DNA of 64,000 nucleotides from Trichoplax adhaerens (Eukaryota; Animalia; Placozoa): assembly GCF_000150275.1 (NCBI RefSeq), contig NW_002060965.1:682001-746000 (forward strand), given 5' to 3'. This document shows positions 25,001 to 38,750 of the stretch, piece after piece. The position numbers were made by a program, and so were the translations under genes. The notes beneath the pieces are model-generated. The model saw nothing but the letters and a program-made list of their open reading frames with translations, was not told the DNA's origin and made no database searches. How positions within the stretch are numbered: the first letter of the stretch is position 1; every line of letters begins with the position of its first letter.

Positions 25001-28000
25001 CTGATATTGATCTATGCTATTAGATCGCTTTATACCTATATTCGCATATGTACACATATTGAAAGCTAACTAAGATTATATAGAATTCTCCTTGAGTTAA
25101 GCTTAGCAAATTTATTAAATCAGATAAAATCAAGACATTAATAACGATGAATAAATTATTTACTGCCTTCAAAATTAAAAACAATTAAATTTTATTTATA
25201 TGCCTACAGTTAGCAACAGTATAATAATAATCAGTCGATGTATCTGACACCTAGAAGACAGTATTCGAACAGATCAATTCAACGCGTTCAAAGCTAGGTT
25301 CAAGGTAAACTTAATGAATAGCTATGACATGTAAGTAATAGCTCTATTTAATATAATTCCTGCAGTGTTGTATTCAGAAATAATATACTGATCCCTTGTT
25401 ATACTTCCTGAATACTATGTAGATTCCGTAAAATCTAAAATAAAATTTTTGACATATTAATTTTCAGAAAGACTGTACTTGGCGGCGAATAAATAAAAAT
25501 AATACGAAACCTGAAAATTTTTGTCATGATCTTGGACGATGTAAATGTCAATTAAAAATATATCTACCGTAAATTATCATTTGTTAGATTAGTAACCTTC
25601 GATGATTGATAACCAATAAAATTATCAGTGATCCAAATACAATAGCAATTCAGATATTCGCTAGTCCTAAATCCAAATAACTTGATAACTACCAAAATTA
25701 AATTTGCTTTTTTCTAAGTAAATAAAATTTATCATCAACCTTGGCACCGCTTGTAGTCAGTTACTTGCAGATACTGACTTATGACTAACAATTTGTTATG
25801 ACTTTTTAGCCGATGGAATCGTCAGTTATCGTCCCGTAACTTATACGCGTATTTCAAGTGCAATATGCTTCCGTAATTACAGGTTATTATTAGTGGCTGC
25901 GATTAATTAGCAATAAATTTCGAAAGATTATCACCAGTATTTATAGCTAGGTATCCATTTGCACTGAATTCTGACAATTGCTAATAATGATTAATGATAA
26001 TTTGCTTGTAATAGTCTTGGTTTGTTTTGCTACAACTGTCAATTCGGTAATCACCAAAAGGAAGATACGCAATAGTTAAAAGCTAGAATTATTAACGCTA
26101 GTATTCTTACCGATAGCGGAATTAATGCACTACTATTTACAAAGCAGTAATTTGATTATGGTGATTGCTAACGGTTGAAAGTCTATGGTTAGCGAAAACA
26201 GCTAGTGCTAGGAAAATTATAGACTATCATCACTCAATGCAGTCGCTTTTTAATTCTAAAATACTATAATAAATAAGTACCTTATGATTGCTGGCTATAG
26301 TTGTGAAATCCTGATTCTACTTGTAATTCGGTTACGTTACTCATCATTATAGTACTGATCTATCAAAGCTGGTAATGATGATTGGTAATAACAGTTAATA
26401 AAGTATAGTATCATATTTATCTCCAGGAATTTATAACACGTAGTAATTCTATCACAGCTACTGCAACACGAGTAATTGCTAGTAAAACTACTATTTGTTT
26501 TTGTTAGTTCCGTCAGCCATCAGCATACCAGTAATAATTTGTTAATTGATTGATATTCACATATGCATAATTATACGAATAACTAATAAAGTCATCGGTT
26601 GAGGATTAGTTATTCATTACTACGAAAGTATTGAATGACTATCGGCTATAATAATTAATTATTATGTCACCATTTGTTTGTAAATATCAACCACTATCTA
26701 GAACAATATCCAAAATCATACCACTATTTGTCTATAAAAATGTAACCACTACATTGAGTTTAGTCATTCAATAGTGTAATAATATCAAAATTGCGTCATT
26801 ATTTGCAAAATTCAACCACGACGTAGAAATTAGTCACTGAATAGCCGTAGTAATATCTAAAATGATCTCTTTTTTACTTCCTAATAGCTTATCATTGTGA
26901 CAAAATCTCCTAGTTAATGGATGCATTACCCATCAAGTCACTTTTCAGAATTAGATTATCTATTGTTCGTGATTTGTTAATTAACTAATTATGACGGATG
27001 AAGATAATAGTTTTTAATGCTCTCACATTACTATAGGATTCAAAATGGAGTGACTAATAGGTAAAACTCAATAACAATAGTTATACTGCAGTAATTAGTG
27101 GTGAAGAGGTGTATTGTAAGTAACGATGAAAGCCTGCAAAAATCATTCAGATAGAGAAGGTTTGTCGCGTGAATAAATTATAGCAAACTACAGTAATAAT
27201 AAAATAACTTTAGATTCTGTATATTACATTTGTATCCATGCACCTACAAAGTTCAGTACAGTTACTTTAATTACAACAACCAATACCTTAACAAGATTTT
27301 TCTGTTGCTATTATTTATATAATGGGACAATAAATACTTTTGCGTTAATTTTATTTCCGTTAAAAGCTAGACGACAAATAGATACAAACAACAGCCTAAA
27401 GTCTATATCGCATAACAAATGAAATCTTTGTGCAATAAATCATGTTATGATATCAAAAAACTTTACCGGATTTTGGTACTTAAATATAAGAAAATTTTAT
27501 TACTAGGTAAAATGTTAAAGAATTAATAGAACGTTTCATACATTAACAAAAAAAACACTGTCCACTGTCTGTAAATCGCTTTTACCCCTTATAATAATAA
27601 CAATGGCCACAGTAGCATAACAATATCAATATCCTAAAGATAAAAATTACATCTAATATTCAATAATATCATATCACTGATCTATAACATCCAGATTCCA
27701 AAATGAGTAAATTACATCGCCTTAATTTTTATTCTACCTAAGCGTAAGTCAAGTCTATTTTTAAGAAAGTTATACTATGCAGTAAAACTTAACCCAACCC
27801 TATAGAACTCGTCATTATCTAGATGCCAAGATTTATGGTACATTAATCATTACAAAGATGCTTTTTACTTCAGATAACATTGGCAGCCTTCTATTTCATA
27901 CCTGCAGCATTGAAATTTAGAAGAGAGTAGTTTTAAGTTGTTTATTGCATCAAAATAATCATTCTGTAGATAGCACAGTAACCTCATTTTGTTGACAATC

Positions 28001-28071
28001 TCAATCTCGATCAGGACATTTTTCAATCCTAATTCTATTAAAATCTGCAAGATTCCATAAATGGCATAGAA

Positions 28072-28343
28072 GTAGTTTAAAATCATCTTCATCGATCAAT
28101 CAATTTGGTGAGAAGAAACAGTCTTGTTCACAAGTGATATTGCCTTACCGAAATCTTGCTGTGTAGTTTAAAATCATCTTCATCGATCAATCAATTGGCG
28201 AGAAGAAACAGTCTTGTTCACAAGTGATATTGCCATACTAAAATCTTACTGTGTAGTTTAAAATCATCTTCATCGATCAATCAATTGGTGAGAAGAAACA
28301 ATTGTTCACAAGTAATATTGCCATACAGAAATCTTGCTGTGTA
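28072..28343. repeat. Tandem repeat, 3 copies of ~90 bp
   Basis: GTAGTTTAAAATCATCTTCATCGATCAATCAATT..GAGAAGAAACA..TTGTTCACAAGT.ATATTGCC.TAC..AAATCTT.CTGT starts at 28072, 28163 and 28253. Confidence 0.95.
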
Positions 28344-29329
28344 TGGCAACCCGCTATATTGTCTACCATCTACGGCTCCCTTATAGGAGTAAGGCAGAGA
28401 ATTAAACAATAGATTTATATTGATTTGCATACAGCACCAACAATTAATTACATGACGTGTGTTGATAGAGCCAATGGTCTAAGGATAAAACATTGATGTA
28501 TCGCTCTCCATTCACGGGTTATACCGGTGGTTAGACACATCTATCGTGCAGCGATAGTATTTATTGTCATCACGCACAATCACTTTGAGTAATTGCTCCG
28601 GTGAGTGGGCATGATTAATCGTTGGTATGACTAATCATTTATTTTAGTCAATCATTCTTTCTGGCTATTAATTAATAGCGCAAGGGAAGAAATTTGATTT
28701 TCACTCAATAACCCAACATCTTACTTAAGGTAAATTGAGCCAAGGTAATCAGGTTTGATTGGATTGGATAGTATCATTATTGTCCTTGATGAATTGGAAG
28801 GAATATTCCTATTACGATGCTTTTCAGATCATTTGCTCGTTTCATTGCAGTTATTAGCCTTGATACTTTCGCTTGATAAAGATTATAAATTAGCTTTCAC
28901 TTTATAGTCAAGATACTTCATTTTTCAATAGGATATGACGAAAGGTTCAGTTGAGCATACGTAGAAAGTTGATATATTACAGACAGGAATCATTAATCGC
29001 TATTAGGAAAATTGTTGAAAGCTTGATGCTACAATTGATATTTTAAACATAGTCTTCTTAATCTTAAACGATTTTATATTTAAACTATCATTGGAAAGTA
29101 CACGAATATTGAAATTGAAGAGTTAACGTCTATTATTGCCTACCAATAACATAACCAATTCGATTACTCTATCAAGAACAATTTTTTACATCTTGTCACC
29201 AGTGAATTGCAACCTTGGTAAATTGTAACGAATACAAGAGCTACCTACCTAACAGAAAGTACAAATTTTAAATTTCTTTCATTCAAGATCCCAAAATTAA
29301 TTTTGCCTCCGTAATTAATACATATTATT

Positions 29330-32149
29330 ATGGCCAAAAGAAGATTGGCAAGTGCATTAGAGGCTGGTAAAATTTTAGGGTAAGTCCAAGGATATTGATT
29401 TGTTTATCCAATTAACGATTCAAGTTAATAAGCGTACCTTTCATTGCAGTATCAATAAATATGGTACCGACAAATTATAGGCCTTTTATCTTCTTACTAT
29501 AATATTGCAAATAGAAAAAAGATAAGCTAAAGGATAGACGTTTCAAATAGTTACGAGCAATAAATAATTATAAGTTTCACCATGGTACTAAACTAGACGT
29601 ACGACATAAGCATGCCGTATACATAGTCTTAGTCATTATTCTGGCTAATCTTCTTTCGTCTATTTCCTATTTGAACTTTTCTAGCACAGCTTTTATTTTT
29701 TTGTTTCATTAAATTAATATTTTTAGTATGGTCATTCTTTAGCGAGTAATTTACTAAAGTCTACACTGATTGTAATCTTAGTTTGTATATAATACTGCCA
29801 AATAGAATTATAATCTATGTCATTTCCGGATTTCTCCCTTTAGATCAGTTCAAATTAAAGATATTCAACGTACAGTCGTACCTAACTGCCATGGTATCTT
29901 TAGTACCATGTTTTCATCCGATGGGTCGATACTTATGTCGGCTACTGGAAAGGGAACTATTGAGGTTATCTACAGATTAAATTTTAAATGTAATAAATGG
30001 CCATTAGGAGAATGTAGCTACTGACTACTTTCTATTTATTATAGGCTATTTTAAATTGATGTATTGAAATATTACTGCCGTTACTTTATTTAGATTCATG
30101 CAACCAATAACCTGAAGCCTTTAGCAACATTAAAGCGTGATCTAAGATCGAATCTGCCAATTACTAGCTTACGAGCAAATCCCAAGAATACCAATCTTGT
30201 CTTGGCTGTTGGTAATTCTATAAAATATACAAATTATAAAGATAACAGAATTTATTATCGAGCCATCATTTATTCTTATACTTGTTTCCAAATCCCAACT
30301 TAGAAATCATTTAAATCTTCAATATAGGAAAATATAAATGCATGTTTACTTGATTAATTTTTTTTATTCCCATTAATTTCTGTAGTACAGCTCCAAATTA
30401 GTTTAAGATTAAATTTATAGGATTGTACGAAAATAAATCAATTGAACGTATAATTCTTACAATTTTCTAGGATCAGACGGATACATTTGCCTTTGGAACG
30501 TAGATACATGTGAATGTGTATATAGTTTTTGTGAAGAAAAGAATGTTATTAATGCTGTAGATATTAACACCAGCGGTGGTATTTATGCTACAGCAGGAAA
30601 GGTACTCACAGTTTGACAGTTTTTATATAACTCGATAACATCTCTTTTAATGGTAAAAATATCGGATTAACTGTATGCATAAGTGGGGTACGGTATAACC
30701 TATAGGCCATGTTATCTTTTATAGCCTACGACTTCACTATTCTTGTTTGTAAATATGGTATTCATGACGTTTATCTTGCACCTGTACAACCAATGTTACG
30801 CAAAAAATGGATTACCATGTCTTAAATTGCTAAATTTTAAATATAAGCAGACAAGAAGAAAATAGAACCAGTTTGAATCTTATTATATGTACTTGAGAGA
30901 GTTTTATGCATCAATCTTCAACTATGTGATGAATAACTATTATGGCTTTTACTCTAGGATACCGATATACGAGTTTACGATTTTAGTACACACGAATGTT
31001 TTGTTACCTGCCATGGCAAGGATTTATCAGAGGGTTTATCTACGTATGTCGATAATTAATCATTCAAGCGATTTAAAAGGCTTGCCAAATTTATTTTAAA
31101 TTATATACTTATTGAATGAATAATATTATTTCAATGTAATCTGGATTATTTTTCCTAGGCCGTCAGATGAAGTTGGCCACGGTAGACGAATATTCGCGCT
31201 TAAATTTCACCCAGAAAATAATAACGTCTTGGTTTCAGGAGGGTGGGATAAATTTCTAAAAGTATGGGATATCCGAGTTGGCAATCGGGCTGTACGAACT
31301 ATTAATGGTCCTTACATTTGTGGGCAAGGCATTGATTTAATTGATAACTATGTTTTAACTGCATCTTGGGTAGCAACCAATTCTCTACAGGTGTAAAATT
31401 TAGCTTATTTATAATGGAAGGCTTAGTAAATTACAAGATCTTCACTCTATGCAACATATTTTAGCCTTCTTGACTTGAATTAGAGTGGATAATAATAGTG
31501 TGATTCAACAGTTTGGATATATCGAAACTGACAATGATTTCCTATTGACTCTTCTAGATCTATGACTTAACAAGCGGAGAGATGATCGATACCGTCCCGT
31601 TTGGTACTAAAGGAGAGTTGAAAACCGATTATTTATACTGTGCAAAATATTTAACCAAACAATGCGTTGTGGCTGGTGGAAGTGGAACTTGCGATGTCAG
31701 ACTTGTAGATATTAATAAAGGCGAGGTATGATATTTGCATCGATATTTCCTTAGTTCAGTTTTACAATATGTGAGACTTACAGTACTAGTATAATCGCTT
31801 ACTCTGCGTCAGCCAACGTTCGAACTGTACGCATGATTATGCATATCTGTATAACTGACTAGGCGGTATATTATACTGTATAGCCTGGCTTCTAGTAGCA
31901 ACTACGTTATGCTCGTAGAATTTTATACCTTATAACCTTTAACTTTGCCAAGGTTAATAATAATGCAAGTAATGATTGCACAGCCTGTTCTAACCTGCTA
32001 TTATTCGTATATGAATGTAACAGTTGCTAGGAAATATAGATAACGACAGAAGGCCAATACAAACAATCGATATTATGGGAGATTATATGGCTATTGGTGG
32101 AGTAGGCCCATCTATCACAGTTGCTGAAATTGAAATGGTATCAACTTAG
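29330..32149 (+). CDS. Uncharacterised WD40 beta-propeller protein, 8 coding exons; not captured by the ORF track
   Basis: GT-AG stitching gives MAKRRLASALEAGKILG/SVQIKD...GIFSTMFSSDGSILMSATGKGTIE/I...SDGYICLWNV...ATAGK/DTDIRVYD...GHGRRIFALKFHPENNNVLVSGGWDKFLKVWDIR...GPYICGQGID...YLYCAKY...AGGSG; stop TAG 32147-32149. Start codon inferred. Confidence 0.9.
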
Positions 32150-33035
32150 CTGAATTTATTATTTTATTAATGCAAGTTATTTACAGTAGTATGTCTTCAA
32201 TCTAATTTATTTTAAGTCAGATTTTCAATTACGTATTTGGATGACAAAATGTCTTTATTTACAGTTAGTACATATATACTGTATATGTATGTGTAAATGC
32301 AAAAAATAACAACTGTTATTTAGTAAAATTTATCTCTACTTAGCGAGCCCAAGGAGAACGCTGTAAGAGTAGATTTTCTTTGATCTCTATGATACAGAGT
32401 AGAATAGTTGTTTAATGAATGAGATAGCAATGATTATTTTGTGTTGTATATCTGAAATAAAGTTTGGCATTTCTGGCTATGCGCAATAGGCCTTGAAATG
32501 TGAATGATTTCATTGAATTCATGAATTCATTTAATTTAATTTGTAGCTAATATTACGCGTTAACAATCGACTATTCGGTTTTTACGGTAAAGCATATGAC
32601 ATTTTAGTGTATCTATTCGTAATGGATGACTATTGATGCAAGGGTCGTTAGCAAAGAGTAATTGATCTGTAGCATTCTTGGTGCCGGGGATATCGGTTTA
32701 GTCCTCATTATTCGTATATACTCCAGTCAATAGAGTACTGAACATCGTTTTCTTAGCATTAGTACTCAATGATGACAGAGTCTAACATTCAATTCAAGCC
32801 AGAATCAAGTGGGAAGCGAACACTAGTTACAGCCTATATTACAGTTCATGCAAGAATACCAAACACGGAAGCGATTGCTACATTATCATTTTAGATAGTA
32901 CTTTTAAAAGTGTTTAAACGTTAGCACAGCGACGGGGGTAAATTAAGCTATCTAGGAAAACTTTGAACAGGAAACTAACCGTTAACAATAACGTGTCATG
33001 ACGTAATACTGTACTGTAGCGGTGGTTGTACTGTA

Positions 33036-34056
33036 TTACACAGTATAACATTGATATTTCTTACTGAACGATATGATACTGTCAATAGCGAAGCCTTAGA
33101 TTGGCCGCGTTAGTCGAGTAGACTGAGTTAGCTTGGCTGATGTACAGTGTACAGTACATAGTACGGTACTGTAGACTGTACTGTACTGTAAAAGTTCTGA
33201 ACTGTTACAGTATAATGCAAGATCCAATACTACATTCAGTATAGTAAAATATGACTTTCGGCAACAAATTACAGCATTGGAAAGGGAAATTGAGTAGAGG
33301 TTACACAGTATAACATTGATATTGCTTACTGGACGATATGATACTGTCAGTAGCTAAGCCCTAGATTGGCCGCGTTAGTCGAGTAGACTGAGTCAGCTTG
33401 GCTTATGAACACTGTACACTGTACACTGTACAGTACAGTACTGTACTGTACTGTAGACGATATGATACTGTCAGTAGCTAAGCCCTAAGTTGGCCGCGTT
33501 AGTCGAGTACTGTACTGTACTGTAGACTGAGTTAGCTTGGCTGATGTACAGTACAGTACATAGTACGGTACTGTAGACTGTACTGTACTGTACGTACTGT
33601 AAAGTTCTGAACTGTTACAGTACAGTATAATGCAAGATCCAATACTACATTCAGTACAGTACAGTATAGCAAAATATGACTTTCGGCAACAAATTGCAGC
33701 ATTGGAAAGGGAAATTGAGTAGAAGTTACACAGTATAACATTGATATTGCTTACTGGACGATATGATACTGTCAGTAGCTAAGCCTTACAGTTGGCCGCG
33801 TTAGTGGAGTACAGTAGACTGATTTAGCTTGGCTGATGTACAGTACTGTACACTGTACATTGTACAGTACTGTACACTGTACATTGTACAGTACAGTCTA
33901 CAGTACATAGTACAGTACTGTAGACTGTACTGTACTGTAAAAGTTCTGAACTGTCAGGGTATGATGCAAGATCCAATACTACTGTACATCCAGTATGGTA
34001 AAATATGACTTTCGGCAACAAATTACAGCATTGGAAAGGGAAATTGACTGTAGAGG
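33036..34056. repeat. Composite satellite: ~3.5 copies of a ~265-330 bp unit with internal TACTG/TACAG expansions
   Basis: TTACACAGTATAACATTGATATT...TTGGCCGCGTTAGT.GAGTA...AAAGTTCTGAACTGT...GCATTGGAAAGGGAAATTGA recurs at ~33036, 33301 (with an internal partial duplication near 33457) and 33727. Confidence 0.93.
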
Positions 34057-34439
34057 TGTGGAAAAGTCGGCTAGTATGATCAAGATCGAAGCGATAGAAG
34101 TGAAAAGAACTTCTACCGTCCAGCCTTGTACGTATATTGTTGAGATAAGTCAGCCTTGTCATGCATGATATTTGCACTCCTACAGTACGGCGAGGGTCAC
34201 GAGGACAAGCGGGCGGTGGCGTTGGCAAACAGTACAGTACAGGAGCTGGTATTGGAGCCTCTCAGCCAAAACCACTAGGTACAGTATAAACTAGTCATGT
34301 ACTGGTTAGGCCAGCTACTGGTAGGTCATATCAGAGGTGAAGACAACATATTGTAACTGTACCGAACCGTACCGAACCGTCCCGCCCGACCGTCCCGCCC
34401 ACCGTCCCTCCTTAACAAGAGTAGAATGGTGCCGATAGT

Positions 34440-34470
34440 TTGGTCCCGTACTGGTCCAGTACGGGACCAA
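34440..34470. other. Perfect 31 bp GC-rich palindrome (15-1-15)
   Basis: TTGGTCCCGTACTGG-T-CCAGTACGGGACCAA. Confidence 0.92.
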
Positions 34471-35793
34471 TTGTATGCAATCAGCAGCTATCAGTCATGT
34501 TGGTTGGCAGCGCCAGCCCCCTAACCAATCTACCCTACGGCCGTACTGTACTTGTATTGTCGCCGCTGTCGTGAACTGCACCGCACGGTTGAATAGATTC
34601 ACTGGCCGTTGTGTGTGGTGTTGAAATATTAGCAGCAACAGCAGCAGCAGCAAACAGGAAGAACGTTTGGGGCATGTTGGCTAAGCCTCGTTAAACGGTA
34701 GCAAAGGCATCAAAACTGCATCATCAATCCCTAAAACCTTCATCAAATTGAAAATTAAGCTTTGAACGTTATCGATGCTGTATTGGCTACCGCTTTGACA
34801 CATGGTAAATGGTAAGTTTCCATTGACGTTGTGTAATATTGTACTATCGGAGGTACGAGTACATGGCATTGAAAATTTTTTCTCATCCATTCCTCCAAAA
34901 TGTCTCCACAATTGACAGTCACTTACTTACCGAAACATCCTTGATGGTCAATATTGCAACACTTAAAATCATCGCTTAGTTTATGACGGTCAAGATGAGA
35001 CGTATGCATCCACTATGCTCACTGTATTTCCGCCCATGTTGTATGGTATAGTGTTAGCTGCTGACAGGGCTTCTTGACGCTACTCTATCCTTTGCTCTAT
35101 TGCAGTACGGTAAGCCATCAGCCGTAGTCATTTTTTTATCATCGCTACTTCAGTAGTATATTCAGTGAATGGTTGAAGACAAGTACCTACTGGCTTCATT
35201 TAAACTTGCCAATTCAAAGTGTACAATTTCACCAGCTAATGTCTATAGCAATTGAAAAAAGGATAACGAATATCGTAACAGTTGATGCTAGCTTTGCCTA
35301 TTGCAGTAATGGCTTCACTGCATAGGGCACAGCCGCGCTATTTTAAACGCATTTTAGCTAACTCAAAACAAGTGCACTAGTATAGCATTACTGTCACTGT
35401 ACTGAGCACAATACAGTCAGTCAGTGCAGATGGACGATAGAATACCGCACCATGCAGCAGACTGTTAGGTATATACAAAAACTTGTCGATAGTATCATAA
35501 CTTATTTATTGCTGGACTTTATAGCCTTGTGGTTCAGTTCAATTAGTCGACTGCAAGGATAACCTATTGAGCCAAATCCGATCACTGTTCATCATATTGA
35601 TGCCCCATTTTGAATCATCGTGGAAAGAAGGGGGGGGGGGCACCTATCGTGTCATGCTAGCCTAGCCATAAAATATGCCATGCTTTGATCACATACAATT
35701 CCATTGCAATCCAATTGAAACTATGTTACAACGTATGTGATACTGTCTTTGCAGGCTTTTGAAAATACAGCTGGTCAAATTGAAGTCAAGAAC

Positions 35794-37623
35794 ATGGAAT
35801 TTGACGATTATGAAAATTTGCCAACACACGATGTAGGAGTTCATATGATGGCTGGCGCTGCTGCAGGTGTACTCGAACATTGCGTCATGTACCCAGTGGA
35901 CTGTGTTAAGGTACCAAATAGCAACTTTAGCAATTTCTCGCTTTGATAATACTTTCAAGTTAAGGCATTTAATGGAGAGTTGGTTTAGTTTAATTAATTT
36001 TATAATCATACTATGGCGGGCGCTACAGATGGAAAATTGATTCTCGTGTGTCACAGAATACGGTACCAGTATACAACTGTTAATCGTTTATACGTGTATA
36101 TTGACTGTACTCGGGGGGGTGCCTACAATCGCATGCTATTGCTAGTACGGCCTTTATCCTGTTATAGGTAGCAACAAATTTGGGGGATGGATCCATTTTT
36201 TTTTGTATACGTTAAAGGTACAAGGTTTCTCTTTCTCTTAGTAGTCCGTGATAATACTTTAGCAAAGTAATGAAGCTAGAATACTCATTTCAAAGCATTA
36301 GATGTGGTGATACCTACTTCTTTTCATCCATAGCACAAACATAATAGTTACTGTTGATACTGTTTTATTGGATTATGAATTGACTATACGGTACTACAAG
36401 CATGAATAATATTCACTCTCTTCCGGACGTTAGCCTACTAAACCCAATACTGTAGCATTAATAATCAATGTTGAACCTTATCAAATTGATAGTGTATTAA
36501 TTTTTCAAGATCTTTTGCCTGCACACTACAGTACTAGTAACACTGACGACTATCGTATCTTATCTTTGAATTTTATGTATTATTCAAATTAAATACATAG
36601 ACAAGAATGCAAAGCCTCAAGCCTAATCCAAATGCGGTATATAAGGGGATTTACGATGGTTTCCGAAGTATAGCAATTAACGAAGGCAGATTTACTGTCT
36701 TTCGAGGCATGAATGTTGTTATATGTGGTGCTGCACCTGCACATGCTTTATACTTTTCCTGTTATGAGTCCGTTCGTCAGTCTTTAGGCGGTAAAGAACC
36801 AGGCCATCATCCTGTAGCTAACGGTACCATTTTTTATGACTTTTTACACAATATTGGTAGAACACATACGCAAATGTATCGTATGATGATATGAACTACC
36901 GTACTGTAGTTTACTAATTGTATATTTGTTGTTGTAATATTTGTAGCTACTGCGGCAGTTACTGCCACAGCTATCCATGATGCAGCCATGACCCCAGTTG
37001 ACGGTATGTTCTACAACTAGCATTTCAAATTTTCCATTGTATTGGATTAACTGTAACTGGAACTGACCAAGCTAAAGCTTTCCCTTTCTCAATTTACAGC
37101 TGTTAAACAACGTTTACAAATATATAAAAGCCCATATAGAGGCGCCATCCACTGTATAAAAGAGGTTTATAAATCTGAAGGTGTTAAGGCCTTTTATAGA
37201 AGCTATACTACCCAACTATTAATGAATATACCATTCCAATGTTCGCATTTCTTGGTTTATGAGTACTTGCGTGAAACGTTAAACCCTGCTCGTACTTATG
37301 ATCCTAAAACTCATGTCATCGCTGGAGCTGCTGCTGGCGCTTTTGCTGCTTCTTTAACTACACCTTTAGACGTTGCTAAAACACTACTAAATACACAAGA
37401 AAAAAGTGCACTTAAATTGACTTCAAATAGGCGATATGTTACTGGTATCTATGGTGCATTAAAAACTATCTACTCTATGCGCGGTATCGCTGGTTATTTT
37501 CAGGGAATTAAAGCTCGAATTGTATTTCAGATGCCATCAACTGCAATATGTTGGTCGGTATATGAATTCTTTAAGCATTTCTTGCTTGTGTCTCAAGCAT
37601 CAAAAAAGGAATCATTGTTTTAA
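35794..37623 (+). CDS. SLC25A37: Mitoferrin, mitochondrial iron carrier, co-orthologue of SLC25A37/SLC25A28 (exons ~35794-35910, 36601-36823, 36947-37003, 37100-37623)
   Basis: DYENLP...[29 protein letters not shown]...[14 protein letters not shown]...[16 protein letters not shown]...[16 protein letters not shown]...[15 protein letters not shown]...[16 protein letters not shown]; three PX[DE]XX[KR] carrier motifs. An in-frame acceptor at 35754 leaves an upstream exon possible. Confidence 0.96.
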
Positions 37624-38585
37624 ATAGTTGGTAGAAATCAAGTTGATAGCAATTGTCAAGAATTAGTATTTACATCTATTAAATTAAGTTTTACTTTATG
37701 TCTTATACATCGCATAAATTGGAACGAACCTAGAATGCCTTAATGATCCAAGTGAACTATCTTAACCGAATACTTACATTCTGTCATACTAGCTATGAAT
37801 TATACTGAAATTACCAGATACTAATTGTATCAAGCAAGATTAATAACCGTCTCTCTCATTCATAAGAATTACAGTTTAGATTTTACCTTTCTCTTATTTT
37901 GGGTAATATTAAACAACTATAACAGTTGAATTGCATTATTACCCACCAAGTAAAGTTCTTATCACATGGTGGTAATGACTCTTTGGGGGGTATTACCAAT
38001 AAGATTAGCTATTTAATTACTTGAAAATCTCTTCTTTTCTATACATGAACGATATTATCGACGAAGAGTATATGATGAAAACGAAATAATCTATTACATT
38101 AATTTTATCTTGTTATGGCATTGATAACTATGATACGGAGCAATAACCAGTTATCGATGCATATTACAATTTTTCAGATCTCACCGCCTTTAAGTGCGAC
38201 ACACTATTAATATGATATCAGCCTCAATTAAGTTATATCATTCTAATTATACTGAAAAATGCTTTATGATTACAGTGTAAACTGTTAATAATATTGTATA
38301 TATAATTTAGCAATAGTAGAATTGTATTGTTTTAACTCACCCAATTGAACGGTTGATTGATCATAGCTGAATTTTAATAGTCTACTATGACAGTGAGTCT
38401 CTAACGTTTTTAGTCTTTCAGCATCGGAAAGATTGTTATGACAATCGTACAAACATTTCTATAATCAATGCGACGTACGCATACATATGTACATTGTAGG
38501 GGAGGCTTTAAAAAATTGAGCATTGCTATAGATCAATCTTTAGAGGGTAAAACTATCACTTCCATTTATGTTATAAATATTTCTG

Positions 38586-38750
38586 GCAAAAGATTAGCGA
38601 ATAAAGTTTCGAATATTTTTAAGCAATATTGTATCAAATTTTTCTTGATCGAGTATCTCATGTAATTTTAGGCGAAAGATTAGCAAATAAAGTTTCGAAT
38701 ATTTTTAAGTAATATTGCATAAAGTTGTTCTTGATCGGATATCTTATACA
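38586..38750. repeat. Imperfect tandem duplication, ~85 bp period
   Basis: GGC.AAAGATTAGC.AATAAAGTTTCGAATATTTTTAAG.AATATTG...TTCTTGATCG..TATCT.AT at 38586 and 38671. Confidence 0.85.

Noticed and set aside
28072-28343. CRISPR-like array
   Set aside because: Whole units are near-identical with no unique spacers, and the context is eukaryotic.
33532-34228. ORF-track minus-strand ORFs (69 and 134 aa)
   Set aside because: Low-complexity translations of the TACAG/TACTG satellite.
34440-34490. Palindrome as a Helitron 3' hairpin
   Set aside because: No CTRR terminus at the expected distance on either strand.
34681-34911. 76-aa minus-strand ORF near a GTAAGT donor-like site
   Set aside because: No recognisable homology and no consistent exon chain.
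35411-35436. CAGTGC upstream of mitoferrin as an iron-responsive element
   Set aside because: The flanks do not form the 5-bp upper stem and there is no bulged C; CAGTG hits near 38273 and 38390 also fail.
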